36,286 nucleotides of DNA from Parasegetibacter sp. (GCA_036562505.1 DATCKB010000402.1:1-36286), one strand, 5' to 3'; shown: positions 9,582-19,650, numbered from the stretch's first letter. Made by a program: numbers and translations. The notes: a model not told the origin generated them from the sequence alone.

Positions 9582-10427
9582 TTAGAAACATTTATATCTC
9601 AGTTGATTCTTGCCGGCATAGATGGCAAAATCGGCTAGTATATTGTTTTCAACTACATAGCTCTGCACCTGCTTGTTAGCGGAAAGCTTATAGTTATAAA
9701 ACTGTGTGCTGCCAGAGAAAGGTTGTCCATCATCGGGATCAACTCCGCTGATGGTTATTTTTTTCACAGCGTTAACCGGTTTTTTTCCCAGATTTAAACC
9801 AAGATCAAACACGGAATCAAAAAGGTCGGCAAAAACATACATGAAATTGTTGACCGAGATATCAGTGTGGTACTCATAATCGGCCTGATAGATATTAGTT
9901 CCGAAAATATCAAAGCGGATTCTGGATAAATTACCCCCCGACCAGTTATAGAGTATTTCGATATAATTGGTATTAGTTATTGGTTCTCTGGCAATCTTGC
10001 TTAACAGTTGTCCTTCTGCATTATAGCTGTAGGTCATTATCAGATCGAAGTCCTGCGGATCGGTGGGATCGGCTTTCAGAATATATTCCTTAACCCGTTT
10101 GTTGCCGTCAACAACAAACATTTCGTCGTCAGCCAGAAAGATAGTATCACCTTTGAGCTGCATATCGATCACCGTGTAATACTGAAGGGAAATACTATCA
10201 AAGTCTTCAATGCGGGTGACTCTGCCGTCTGCATTAAATGTTGCTCCAATGTAGCCCACTGAAACGCCTGCTGTTGTGTCGATTTGTGAAACTCTGTCGA
10301 TGAAACAATTTGAATCCGGCGGCGGCGGGGGTCCGTCAATTTCCATATCCTCCGAGCTGAGTTCTTTCTGGCAGGAGGCAAATACAAGCAGTGCGGCTGC
10401 AATCAGGTAAGAATATTTAGGCTTCAT
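9582..10427 (-). CDS. Uncharacterised lipoprotein, beta-strand rich (DUF4595-like appearance)
   Basis: Lipobox VFASC followed by QKELSSED, a PPPPP linker, and repeated aromatic beta-hairpin segments (FNADGRVTRI, YSYNAEGQLLS, YNWSGGNLSRI). The family call is a guess. Confidence 0.75.
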   Translation of the reverse strand: MKPKYSYLIAAALLVFASCQKELSSEDMEIDGPPPPPDSNCFIDRVSQIDTTAGVSVGYIGATFNADGRVTRIEDFDSISLQYYTVIDMQLKGDTIFLADDEMFVVDGNKRVKEYILKADPTDPQDFDLIMTYSYNAEGQLLSKIAREPITNTNYIEILYNWSGGNLSRIRFDIFGTNIYQADYEYHTDISVNNFMYVFADLFDSVFDLGLNLGKKPVNAVKKITISGVDPDDGQPFSGSTQFYNYKLSANKQVQSYVVENNILADFAIYAGKNQLRYKCF

Positions 10428-10506
10428 TGGCTACCTTTTAGGAGTAAATATCTACCTAAATATAACTAAAAATCTGCGGATATTCCTATATGTGCTGAAC
10501 TTTATT

Positions 10507-11166
10507 CTATTGACCCTCAGCCGGTACCTGTCTTTCTCCATCTTCCGGTTGTTTATCCCCGGGGAAAAATTTTCGTTGAAAGAGAAGGATAAAAATAACT
10601 CCCAGTGAAATAGAAGCATCGGCAACATTGAAGACAGGGCGGAAGAATACAAACTCTTCTCCACCCCAGATAGGGAGCCAGTCGGGGAAGTGGGCGTCAC
10701 GGATAATGGGGAAATAAAACATGTCTACCACTCTTCCGTGAAGAAATCCGGCATAGCCACCACCTTCAGGGAACATTTGTGCAAGATTCCGGGTATAAGG
10801 ATCGCTGGCCTCAAATATCATTCCGTAGAACATACTGTCTATCAGATTTCCAAGTGCGCCTGCAAAGATCATTGCAGCGCAGATAATGAATCCTTTATGA
10901 AATTTTTCACGTACAATTTTTCCTATATAGTATACTCCGAATACTACAGCAACGAGGCGGAACAGGGTTAAAGCTATCTTGCCCCATTCACCCCCAAATT
11001 TCCATCCCCAGGCCATTCCTTCGTTTTCGATAAAATGAAGACGAAACCATTCACCAATAACCTTCCTTTCTTCCCACATATAGAAGCCTGTCTTCACCCA
11101 TATTTTCAGCGCCTGGTCAACAACCAGTATAAGAAGTATAATTAATACGACGTTTCTTAGCTTCAT
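10507..11166 (-). CDS. lspA: Lipoprotein signal peptidase (signal peptidase II), Bacteroidota long form
   Basis: Motifs DQALK, ENEGMAWG, GALGNLID, GRVVDMF and VFNVADASI. Confidence 0.95.
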   Translation of the reverse strand: MKLRNVVLIILLILVVDQALKIWVKTGFYMWEERKVIGEWFRLHFIENEGMAWGWKFGGEWGKIALTLFRLVAVVFGVYYIGKIVREKFHKGFIICAAMIFAGALGNLIDSMFYGMIFEASDPYTRNLAQMFPEGGGYAGFLHGRVVDMFYFPIIRDAHFPDWLPIWGGEEFVFFRPVFNVADASISLGVIFILLFQRKFFPGDKQPEDGERQVPAEGQ

Positions 11167-11226
11167 CAGTTATTTTTTAATATTCACTTTTCCCGTTCAC
11201 CCCTTGATGGTCACGTATTCGTGCGG

Positions 11227-11234
11227 CAAATATA
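11227..11234 (-). promoter_or_regulatory. -7 promoter box for lspA
   Basis: TATATTTG(C) about 60 nt upstream of the lspA ATG, within the alr-lspA gap. Confidence 0.5.
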
Positions 11235-11267
11235 AAGCATAGGCCTTTCAAAAAAAGCTCAAACCCG

Positions 11268-13760
11268 TCATTCCTCAAAATACACCCGTTTTACTCTTTG
11301 CGAAATCCCGGTGAGTATTTCATAAGGAATCGTTCCGGCCCATGCAGCAACCTGTTCAACAGGAAGTTCTTTTCCGAATACAATTACATCATCACCCACC
11401 TTTATATCGGGAATATCGGTTACATCCAGCATGGTCATGTCCATACACACCGAACCCACTACGGCTGCAAGCCGTCCGTTTACCCACATCTTACCAATGC
11501 CATTTCCTAAACTGCGGGGGAATCCATCTGCATATCCGATTCGCACGGTGGCAATGGTGGTGTTGCGGGTAATTACTCCGCGTCTTCCATAGCTGACCGT
11601 ATCACCCTCTTTGAGATGCTTTAGCTGAGCAATGGTAGTTTTCAGAGTATTGACTGGTTGCAGATTCAGCATACCGGTAGCAGCACTGTCGATACCATAT
11701 AATCCGATTCCTATTCTCACCATATCAAGTTGCATATCGGGATGACGTACAATAGCTCCCGTATTTGAAATATGTCTGAGGAATGAATAGCCGAGAATTT
11801 CTTCCATTTTCCTGCAGGCTTCAACCAACAACCGGTACTGTGTTAATGAATATGAATCATGCTGTGCATCTTCACTTGCAGCAAGATGACTGAAAACGGA
11901 TTTAACACGAAATATTCCTGACTGCTTTAATCGTAAAGCAAGTTTTTCCACATCAGCAAGGTTGAAGCCTAGCCGGTTCATTCCGGTTTCAAGTTCTATA
12001 TGAACCGGAACAGAGGTTTCTCCATGGCGACGATAAAAATTTTCAAGCTCATCCAACATATCGAAACTAAATATGTCGGGTTCGAGATCGTACTGCAGTA
12101 ATTGTTCAAAACTTGAAGGTTCGGGATTCATCACCATCACGGGTATCCGAATTCCCCCCTTCCTTAATTCCACACCTTCATCGGTATATGCAACAGTCAA
12201 ATAATCAACATTATGATATTGCAGTTTGCCGGCAACTTCAAAACTTCCGCTACCGTAGGAGAAAGCCTTTACCATTGCCATCAAAGCTGTTGAAGGCTTT
12301 AGCAGTCGCTGATATTCTTTCAGATTATGAACCAGTGCAGTGAGGTTCACTTCCATAATGGTTTGATGAATCTTCTGCTCGAGTAGCTGACTGATCTGTT
12401 CAAAGGAAAACTGTCGGGCACCTTTTAATAACACTGCTTCGTTGTTGAAGCTGAGATCGCCAAACTGCGCTTTGAAACTTTCGGTATCAGCAAAGTTCTG
12501 AATAGTTAACCCGTCTATTTTTTCAAACAGATAACGGTGTTTTTCTAACAGTGGTCCAACTGCATACAGCTGATTTATTTTTTTTGCCGCCAGAGCATTG
12601 GCGACTTCACCATATAGTTTTTCAGGATTTCTTCCTGTCTGAAGAATATCAGACAGAATTACTGTTTTCTTTTTATGCTGGTGTTGATGCGAAAGTAAAT
12701 CTAAAGCGATACGAAGCGAGCTCAGGTCCGCGCTGTAGCTATCGTTAATGATAGTGCAGTTATTAATTCCCTTCTTCATTTCCAGCCGCATAGCAATCCG
12801 GCCGAGCTGAATCATTCTATCTGCAATCTCTTCGTCAGAAATATTCATCAGCAACATCACACACCAGCAGTGAACAATATTTTCTATGGAAGCTTTATCA
12901 GAAAAAGGAATACTGATTTCGATCTTCCTTCCTTCGTACAATGCTTCAATGCAGGTGTTGGATTCTGAACTGTTAATACTGATCAGTTGCAATCTGCATT
13001 CTGCTGAATATCCCCAGGTAAAAAATTCCGGATTCCAGGTACCGTCGGCCATTTTCCTGCGAGTCACCGCCGCCTCTACCTCCGGGTGTTCTTTTGAATA
13101 AATTAGTGTGCGAACTGACTGAAATAATTTTATTTTTTCATCGGCTTTGTGCGCAGGATTGCGGAATCCTTCGTCGTGTGCCTCACCGAGATTGGTGAAG
13201 ATGCCGATAGTTGGATGAATAATAACAGCAAGATTTTGCATTTCATCAGGCAAAGAGATTCCTGCTTCGAATATACCCAGCTGATGATGTTCATTGAGCT
13301 GCCATACACTAAGCGGAACGCCGATCTGAGAATTATAGCTTCTCGGACTTCTTGCAATGGCGAAATTCTTTTCGAGCAATTGATTCAACCATTCCTTTAC
13401 CACAGTTTTTCCGTTACTGCCAGTAATGCCGATTACCGGAATATCAAAGCGACTGCGATGCCAGGCCGTCAGATCATGCAATGCGGATAATACATTCGGA
13501 GTTCTGATGACAGATGATCCGGGAAATAAAGGGGTTTCAATATCTTCTTCTACAACAAAGCAACGCACTCCTTTTTGATAAAGTTCATTCAAAAAATCGT
13601 GGCCGTTTTTACGATGGCCTTTAATTGCAAAGAAGATGGAAGTGGCAGGAAATATCACCCTCCGGCTGTCTGACAATAAATGCTCCACTTGTGCCTGATA
13701 CTCGTTGAGTATCATCTCTCCTTTCACGATCCGGTTTATATGTTCTGCTGAGCAAGGCAC
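11268..13760 (-). CDS. alr: Bifunctional MurF-like ligase / alanine racemase fusion
   Basis: The N-terminal Mur ligase part has GITGSNGKT, SPRSYNSQIG, INDSYS and LLKGAR. The C-terminal Alr part has MAMVKAFSYG (PLP Lys), IGYADG, VCMD and GTIPYE. GTG start. Confidence 0.93.
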   Translation of the reverse strand: MPCSAEHINRIVKGEMILNEYQAQVEHLLSDSRRVIFPATSIFFAIKGHRKNGHDFLNELYQKGVRCFVVEEDIETPLFPGSSVIRTPNVLSALHDLTAWHRSRFDIPVIGITGSNGKTVVKEWLNQLLEKNFAIARSPRSYNSQIGVPLSVWQLNEHHQLGIFEAGISLPDEMQNLAVIIHPTIGIFTNLGEAHDEGFRNPAHKADEKIKLFQSVRTLIYSKEHPEVEAAVTRRKMADGTWNPEFFTWGYSAECRLQLISINSSESNTCIEALYEGRKIEISIPFSDKASIENIVHCWCVMLLMNISDEEIADRMIQLGRIAMRLEMKKGINNCTIINDSYSADLSSLRIALDLLSHQHQHKKKTVILSDILQTGRNPEKLYGEVANALAAKKINQLYAVGPLLEKHRYLFEKIDGLTIQNFADTESFKAQFGDLSFNNEAVLLKGARQFSFEQISQLLEQKIHQTIMEVNLTALVHNLKEYQRLLKPSTALMAMVKAFSYGSGSFEVAGKLQYHNVDYLTVAYTDEGVELRKGGIRIPVMVMNPEPSSFEQLLQYDLEPDIFSFDMLDELENFYRRHGETSVPVHIELETGMNRLGFNLADVEKLALRLKQSGIFRVKSVFSHLAASEDAQHDSYSLTQYRLLVEACRKMEEILGYSFLRHISNTGAIVRHPDMQLDMVRIGIGLYGIDSAATGMLNLQPVNTLKTTIAQLKHLKEGDTVSYGRRGVITRNTTIATVRIGYADGFPRSLGNGIGKMWVNGRLAAVVGSVCMDMTMLDVTDIPDIKVGDDVIVFGKELPVEQVAAWAGTIPYEILTGISQRVKRVYFEE

Positions 13761-13873
13761 AGGAAAGATTTTGAGTTTATATATACGGTCTGGACGTTAA
13801 CTTTGAATTCGGTTTTAGACTGTTCAGTTTACATTTCTTTTTAGAGATTTATTTAACCTCCCTTCTAAACGAT

Positions 13874-14818
13874 TTAATTGAGCTCCTTCGGCTCGTTTGT
13901 TCCGGGAGGTGGATTCAGGGCTGAATAAATGATTGAGCCTGTGATACACACCACTATAACAACCAGTGAAATTGCCACCGGAATATGAATATGGAAAAAG
14001 GTTATCAGCATTTTTATCCCGATATACACCAGAACAATGGCTATTCCCTGCTGCAGGTAGCGGAATTTGTCTACTGCTCCTCTTAACAGAAAGAACAACG
14101 ATCTTAATCCGAGTACCGCAAAAATATTCGACGTATACACTACCATTGGATTGCTCGATATAGCAAATACAGCGGGAATACTGTCAAGTGCAAATACGAT
14201 GTCGGTTGTAGCTAACAGTACAATCACAACAAACATACTGGTATAGTATTTCTTTCCGTCTCTTTTCACTACCATCTTACCATCGCCGTCTTCAGGTATG
14301 AGGGGTAGCAAACGTTTCAGAAATTTATATACGGTATTGCCTTCGATATCGGCATCTTCCTCGCTTTTGGCTCCGAACATTTTAATACCGGTGTAAATCA
14401 GAAAGGCACCAAAGATGTAAAGAATCCATTCAAATCTCTGTACCAGCTCAATGCCAACGGTAATAAAAATAATCCGGAAGAAAATAGCCATCAGAATCCC
14501 GATCAGTAACACTCTTGCGTAATACTGTTCTTTGATGTTGAAGTAACTGAAGATGAGAATAAAAACAAAAATATTATCTATACTGAGCGACCATTCCATT
14601 AAATAAGCACTGATGTATTCAAGTGCAGCTGTTTTACCATCTTCAAACCACATGAATACCCCGAATGCCAGTGCCAGTCCGACCCAGAAACAGGTTTGAA
14701 TCAACGCCTTCCTGATGGTGATGGAGGTTGATTTTTTACTTAACAGGCCGAGATCAAATACCAGTGCAAAAACTAAAACAATTCCAAAAACTAAATAAGT
14801 AATCTGCTCAGGTGTCAT
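13874..14818 (-). CDS. TerC/Alx family metal-homeostasis membrane protein
   Basis: Multi-TM protein with motifs EWSLSIDNIFVF, DIVFALDSIPA and YTSNIFAVLGLRSLFF. Confidence 0.92.
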   Translation of the reverse strand: MTPEQITYLVFGIVLVFALVFDLGLLSKKSTSITIRKALIQTCFWVGLALAFGVFMWFEDGKTAALEYISAYLMEWSLSIDNIFVFILIFSYFNIKEQYYARVLLIGILMAIFFRIIFITVGIELVQRFEWILYIFGAFLIYTGIKMFGAKSEEDADIEGNTVYKFLKRLLPLIPEDGDGKMVVKRDGKKYYTSMFVVIVLLATTDIVFALDSIPAVFAISSNPMVVYTSNIFAVLGLRSLFFLLRGAVDKFRYLQQGIAIVLVYIGIKMLITFFHIHIPVAISLVVIVVCITGSIIYSALNPPPGTNEPKELN

Positions 14819-14880
14819 GAAACTAATTAAAACTGTAAAAATAATCTAATTGCGCCAGCCTGCATAAAAGAAAACTCCGC

Positions 14881-16578
14881 TTAATGCTGATACTTCTGTT
14901 TTCTTACAAACTGAAAAATCCCACCTGCCAAAGTTATCAACAATACGGGTGCCAGTATGTTCAGCAGTTGCCAGCCTGTTTTTTCTTCCTCAATTTTCTT
15001 TTTATTGAGCAGACGGAGGGTGTAGTCTTTTGATCGGGTTTCGAGGATGCCAGTGTTTCCTACCAGATACTCAATAGTGTTCATCACAAATTCCTTGTTT
15101 GCGAACGGGTAGCGGGTATACGGATTCATACCCATTGGTAAAGGTCCCTCGTTTCTTGAAACCTGATTCTGTGCAATATCACCGTCTGCAATCACTACCA
15201 TAGCGGTTGGAGTATCCGCAGCTGATCTGAAGGGAAGTCCCATCGCTGATAAACTATCTGCCGCTGCCCGGGAAATTCTGTTTGCGAATAAGGAGTTGAA
15301 CCTACCTTCCAGTAGTACACCCACAGGAATATTCTGTTCCCGGAATGTATTCAGATCTTCTTCGGTTTTCAAACTGTTTAAAGACACCATCGCGGGAGTA
15401 CTTAAACGGCGGGCATTTACCGAAGTGTGAAGTATCACGGTTTTTTTTATCCCCTGTGCTCCAACGGTATCTATTGAACTCGGGAAATATGACAGGATTT
15501 TATCCAGGTTACGGGAAACGGGGTGATCAACAGCACCGTTCAGCTGAACAAAATAGGGAAATGGGATTGGCTGAATCTGTGCCTTTCCTCCCATAGTTCC
15601 GATTACAATTGGCACCTGATCACTCTGCAGATCCTGCACGAGATCAGGATTAATTCTGACACCATATTTAAAAAGCAGATCGGTCAGGTTTAGTCCGCGG
15701 TCGAATGCAACAAAATCACTCTGCGCCCGCTGCAGACTGTCGAGTTCGGCGTATAAATTATCGATCATCCACATCACCTTTCCGCCGCGCATGATATACT
15801 GATCAATTTTGAGTTTATCTGATTCCGTGAATTCTTCAACTGGTTTTATAATCAGTACCGCCTGAAAGTCCTGCGGAATAAAAGGCTGGGTTCGGATGTT
15901 TACAGTATCAACGTAATAGTCTGATTTTAGCGCATCGAACAAACTCTTCATGTTATAGTCGAGCGACTGACCGTGACCGATAGCATATGCAATCGCGGGG
16001 ACTTCTTCCCGAATAATCTTTTGAATGGCATTGGCAAATTTAAATTCGAGTAATGCCTCTGCATTGTTCAGTGCGTTTACACCTTCCAGCGAGCTTTGTC
16101 CTTCAAGCAAATCAACCGCGATCACGCGATCTTTGTAACGGATGACTGCGCCAGGAAAAACTAACCGGTTTTCTTCTCCCTCTCCCTTCTTCGTTTGTGC
16201 TTTGACGTTTGTTGGTTGTAATCCCAGCCAGGCAAGTGAGTCGATGAATGCTACGCGCGTAGAATCGTTCAGGTCTTCTGCAGGTGACAGGAAACGGAAT
16301 TGAAAATTCGCCCTTCCGTGTTGCTTAAAATCTCGTAAAAGCGCGGTGGTGCTGTTGGCCAGCTTTTTAAAACCAGCTGGAAATTCACCCTTTAAAAGAA
16401 CGGTAACTTCAACCGGTTCTTCCAGCGACATTAGGAGCTGGCGGGTAGGCTGACTTAAAGTAAATCTTTTTTCTTTTGTAAGGTCAATATTGAAATTGAA
16501 AAAAGAAATAACATAGTTAATAACCACCAGTGAAAGGGCTGCTAAGAATATATATTGTGCAGTTGACTTCTTCTTCAT
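14881..16578 (-). CDS. gldG: Gliding-motility ABC transporter auxiliary protein GldG
   Basis: DLTKEKRFTLS, GEFPAGFKKL, KIDQYIMRGGK and FKYGVRIN; N- and C-terminal TM helices; follows gldF. Confidence 0.92.
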   Translation of the reverse strand: MKKKSTAQYIFLAALSLVVINYVISFFNFNIDLTKEKRFTLSQPTRQLLMSLEEPVEVTVLLKGEFPAGFKKLANSTTALLRDFKQHGRANFQFRFLSPAEDLNDSTRVAFIDSLAWLGLQPTNVKAQTKKGEGEENRLVFPGAVIRYKDRVIAVDLLEGQSSLEGVNALNNAEALLEFKFANAIQKIIREEVPAIAYAIGHGQSLDYNMKSLFDALKSDYYVDTVNIRTQPFIPQDFQAVLIIKPVEEFTESDKLKIDQYIMRGGKVMWMIDNLYAELDSLQRAQSDFVAFDRGLNLTDLLFKYGVRINPDLVQDLQSDQVPIVIGTMGGKAQIQPIPFPYFVQLNGAVDHPVSRNLDKILSYFPSSIDTVGAQGIKKTVILHTSVNARRLSTPAMVSLNSLKTEEDLNTFREQNIPVGVLLEGRFNSLFANRISRAAADSLSAMGLPFRSAADTPTAMVVIADGDIAQNQVSRNEGPLPMGMNPYTRYPFANKEFVMNTIEYLVGNTGILETRSKDYTLRLLNKKKIEEEKTGWQLLNILAPVLLITLAGGIFQFVRKQKYQH

Positions 16579-16583
16579 TATTC

Positions 16584-17306
16584 TTACCGTTTTGCGAGGT
16601 TGCGGATAGCAATGATTAAAAATAAACCGGTTACTGAAAGGAAATAAATCACATCGCGTATATCAACAACTCCCCTGCTCATACTTCTGTAATGGAAATC
16701 TATTCCAAACATTTCAATATAGTAATCGGCATTCCCGGAAAACGCAGGGATTCGGCTCACTGCTTCAAAACCACTATATAAGAGAAAGCAAGCAAAAGCG
16801 CTGATGATGAAAGCTACTACAGCATTTGATGTAAAACTGCTGCAACAAATTCCGATGGCAACAAACACAGAAGTCAGAAAGAGCAGACCAATATAAGCAC
16901 CGATAGTAGCGCCCATATCAACGCCACCGGCTTCTGAAAGTTGCTGAACCGTGTACAGATATAACAAGGTTGGCACCAGCGCAATCCATACTACAATCAG
17001 GGAACCCAGATATTTTCCTGCAACAATCTGTTTTCGGGTAAGCGGTCGGGTTAGTAATATTTCGAACGTGCCTGATTTAAATTCGTCTGAAAAACTCCTC
17101 ATGGTAATAGCCGGAATAAGAAGCAGCAGAATCCAGGGAGCCAGACTGAAAAACTGATCGAGTGTAGCATATCCGAAATCGAAAATGCTGGTGTCCGGAA
17201 AAACGAAAAGAAACAGTCCGTTCAACAGAAGGAAAATAACGATGGCAATATATCCGGTCAGACTACTAAAAAATTGCTGTAATTCCTTTTTACAAATCGA
17301 CCACAT
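16584..17306 (-). CDS. gldF: Gliding-motility ABC transporter permease GldF
   Basis: KKELQQFFSSLTGY, LIPAITMRSFSDEFKSGTFEILLTRP, HYRSMSRGVVDIRDVIYF. Confidence 0.93.
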   Translation of the reverse strand: MWSICKKELQQFFSSLTGYIAIVIFLLLNGLFLFVFPDTSIFDFGYATLDQFFSLAPWILLLLIPAITMRSFSDEFKSGTFEILLTRPLTRKQIVAGKYLGSLIVVWIALVPTLLYLYTVQQLSEAGGVDMGATIGAYIGLLFLTSVFVAIGICCSSFTSNAVVAFIISAFACFLLYSGFEAVSRIPAFSGNADYYIEMFGIDFHYRSMSRGVVDIRDVIYFLSVTGLFLIIAIRNLAKR

Positions 17307-17454
17307 AAAGATTCTGATGTTTTTCCCGAAATAACAAGGGTGAAGTTCTTGACAATAATACGATTTAAAACGGTTCCAGCAGGAACAGCCTCATGGTAAT
17401 TTCGTTTTCTGCCTGTCCGGACGGCGCAAATATCAACAACTAAAAATTACTGAT

Positions 17455-19596
17455 ATGCAAATCTATCTCAATCTGAGGATCACTCAGATCAACAGAATCA
17501 TTATGTTTCATTTTCTGTTTTTCTGCGCGCGGGTTGTGCAGGCCCAACAGGTTTATTTATGGAGCGGATTATCGACTGACTGGACGCAGCCCTCAGCATG
17601 GATACCCGAAAGAATCACTCCTTCCGTAACAGATGAGTTACTTTTTAATACCAATGCGATAATAAGTCATTTACCGGCTTTTCAGAAGTTAAGTAAACTT
17701 GAATTGATGAATGCTATTACCGTGGAGATCAATTCACCGGAGGAACATATTATTGAAATTGGTTCGATTGATAACCCTGGATCATCTTTTTTTGTAGGGG
17801 CAGATGCAGTGTTGAAAATTACCGGTGAAGGATCGACTACTATTAAAATACCAACTGGATGCAGGGCATCATGTAACGGAAAAATCGAATATTCAGAAGG
17901 TGCACACAGGTTAATGGCAGATGATGCAGGTGCTATAGTTTTTAACAGTGGTTCGACATTTCTGGCCGGACCACAGTTTTCGGGCAGTCCGTTCGGGACT
18001 GAAACATTAAATAGCGTAGTATTTAAAGAAGATGCATCATTTATCAGTCAGGCAGGTTCCAATCCATTTGGAGCGGGAGCTCCCAATTCGGTGGTAGTTT
18101 TTGAGTCAGGTAGTAATTATGTTCACCGGCGTTCCACTTCACCTCAATTATCCGGACGTATATATCCGAATTTTATTGTGGATGCTCAGTTTTCATACAA
18201 CCTGCCGTTAGGATCCGACTGGACTATTAAAAACAAGTTGATTATTAAAAATGGTAGCGGCTTCACGCTCCGGCCATCGGCAGGAACCGGAAACCTGATT
18301 ATTGAAGGAGGCATTATCTGTGAAGACGGCAGCACAATGAATGTGGGAATAATCTCATGGTCGGGGATGATCAAATTTCATGGAGATACGCAGACATTAG
18401 CAGGATATCCCGGGCAATCATCGGTTTATATAGAAAGGATGGAAGTAAATCTGAATGGCCTCAGACTGAATATGCCTGTTTCGGTGGGACTAATGCTTTC
18501 GCTTAAAAAAGGAATCATTTACACAGACCCGGTGAATATACTCACGTTTGAGGCTGCCGGATATACGATTAGCGGGCCTTCGCAGTTCACACATTTACCT
18601 TATTCCAATTTTGGAAACGAGCAATCGTATATAGATGGACCGGTTAAAAAGCTGGGATTGGTGAACGGGGAGGTCTTTGTGTTCCCGACCGGCAATCAGG
18701 GAATATTCCGGCCACTGATTCTTAAGAATGTAACCGGCGATTTTCAGGTAGTTTACCGTAGAAATGATCCTCATAACCTAAATCCACAGCATGTACTACC
18801 TCTACATCATTTCAGCCAGTTGGAATACTGGGAAATAACCGGCAGTGAAAATGCTACAGCACAGGTTGAACTTAGTTTTGCCGACCCCAACAGCGGAGGG
18901 GTTACTAACCTCGATGATCTACGGGTTTGTCAGCTTCTGGAGCAAGGCTGGGAGGCGAACGCGATTGACGGTTATCTGGGCACTGCCGGGAGTAATGGTT
19001 CAATTACTACTTCCAGTTTACAGAATTTCGGATATTTCGCTTTGGGAAGTGTGAGTGCCCTGAACTCCCTGCCGGTAAATAATATCAAAGCCAGTCTGAG
19101 CAATTGGAACGGGAAAATAGCTATTGATTTTCAAACAGTTAAAGGCAGTACTGCCGCTTACTATATTATCCAGCAATCGACCGACGGTCGAAAATTTGTT
19201 GATATCGATCTGATTAAGGCCGGTGGACCGGAAGACCCGGCTGATTATCGCCGGATTTTTCCGCCTCCGGATGAGCCGATTAGCTATTTCCGGGTGAAAA
19301 TGACAGGAATTGACCAAAAGGAGATTTTTTCTAATGTGTTGACTTATAAAGCACCAAAACCCGCACTAAAAGTTTATCCTAATCCGGCTGTAGAAAAAAT
19401 TTCTGTTTTTTTTCCATTTCCGAGCAGCAAATCTATTTTAGAAATTGTCAATAGTAATGGAAAGGTGCTCTATCAGAACAGATCCAACGGCAGCCATACA
19501 ACCATACCTGTTGGATTTTTGAAACCAGGGGTTTATTTCATCAAGTTCTACAATTCTGAAGACGTCTTTATCCACCCCTTCATTAAGCAATTTTAA
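17455..19596 (+). CDS. Secreted protein with T9SS type A C-terminal sorting domain
   Basis: Signal-like N-terminus ending VQA-Q and a Gly/Ser/Thr-rich beta-helix-like body. A degenerate LPV...YIIQQSTDGRKF Ig-like module precedes the CTD (VYPNPA...LKPGVYFIK...FIK). The start could be ATG 17455 or 17503. Confidence 0.85.
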   Translation: MQIYLNLRITQINRIIMFHFLFFCARVVQAQQVYLWSGLSTDWTQPSAWIPERITPSVTDELLFNTNAIISHLPAFQKLSKLELMNAITVEINSPEEHIIEIGSIDNPGSSFFVGADAVLKITGEGSTTIKIPTGCRASCNGKIEYSEGAHRLMADDAGAIVFNSGSTFLAGPQFSGSPFGTETLNSVVFKEDASFISQAGSNPFGAGAPNSVVVFESGSNYVHRRSTSPQLSGRIYPNFIVDAQFSYNLPLGSDWTIKNKLIIKNGSGFTLRPSAGTGNLIIEGGIICEDGSTMNVGIISWSGMIKFHGDTQTLAGYPGQSSVYIERMEVNLNGLRLNMPVSVGLMLSLKKGIIYTDPVNILTFEAAGYTISGPSQFTHLPYSNFGNEQSYIDGPVKKLGLVNGEVFVFPTGNQGIFRPLILKNVTGDFQVVYRRNDPHNLNPQHVLPLHHFSQLEYWEITGSENATAQVELSFADPNSGGVTNLDDLRVCQLLEQGWEANAIDGYLGTAGSNGSITTSSLQNFGYFALGSVSALNSLPVNNIKASLSNWNGKIAIDFQTVKGSTAAYYIIQQSTDGRKFVDIDLIKAGGPEDPADYRRIFPPPDEPISYFRVKMTGIDQKEIFSNVLTYKAPKPALKVYPNPAVEKISVFFPFPSSKSILEIVNSNGKVLYQNRSNGSHTTIPVGFLKPGVYFIKFYNSEDVFIHPFIKQF

Positions 19597-19616
19597 TTGC
19601 ACCAAAACCAACTGCA

Positions 19617-19650
19617 GAGCCCCGCTCGTTTGAGCGGGGCTCATTTTTTT
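19617..19650 (+). terminator. Intrinsic terminator
   Basis: Perfect 11-bp stem GAGCCCCGCTC-GTTT-GAGCGGGGCTC followed by ATTTTTTT. Confidence 0.9.

Noticed and set aside
13770-13805. + strand TAACTTTG box antisense to terC
   Set aside because: The nearest TTTG is 24 nt away, outside the 19-21 spacing, and there is no matching terminator; chance is likely.
14819-14880. yybP-ykoY Mn2+ riboswitch before terC
   Set aside because: The gap is only 62 nt and has no suitable multi-stem structure.
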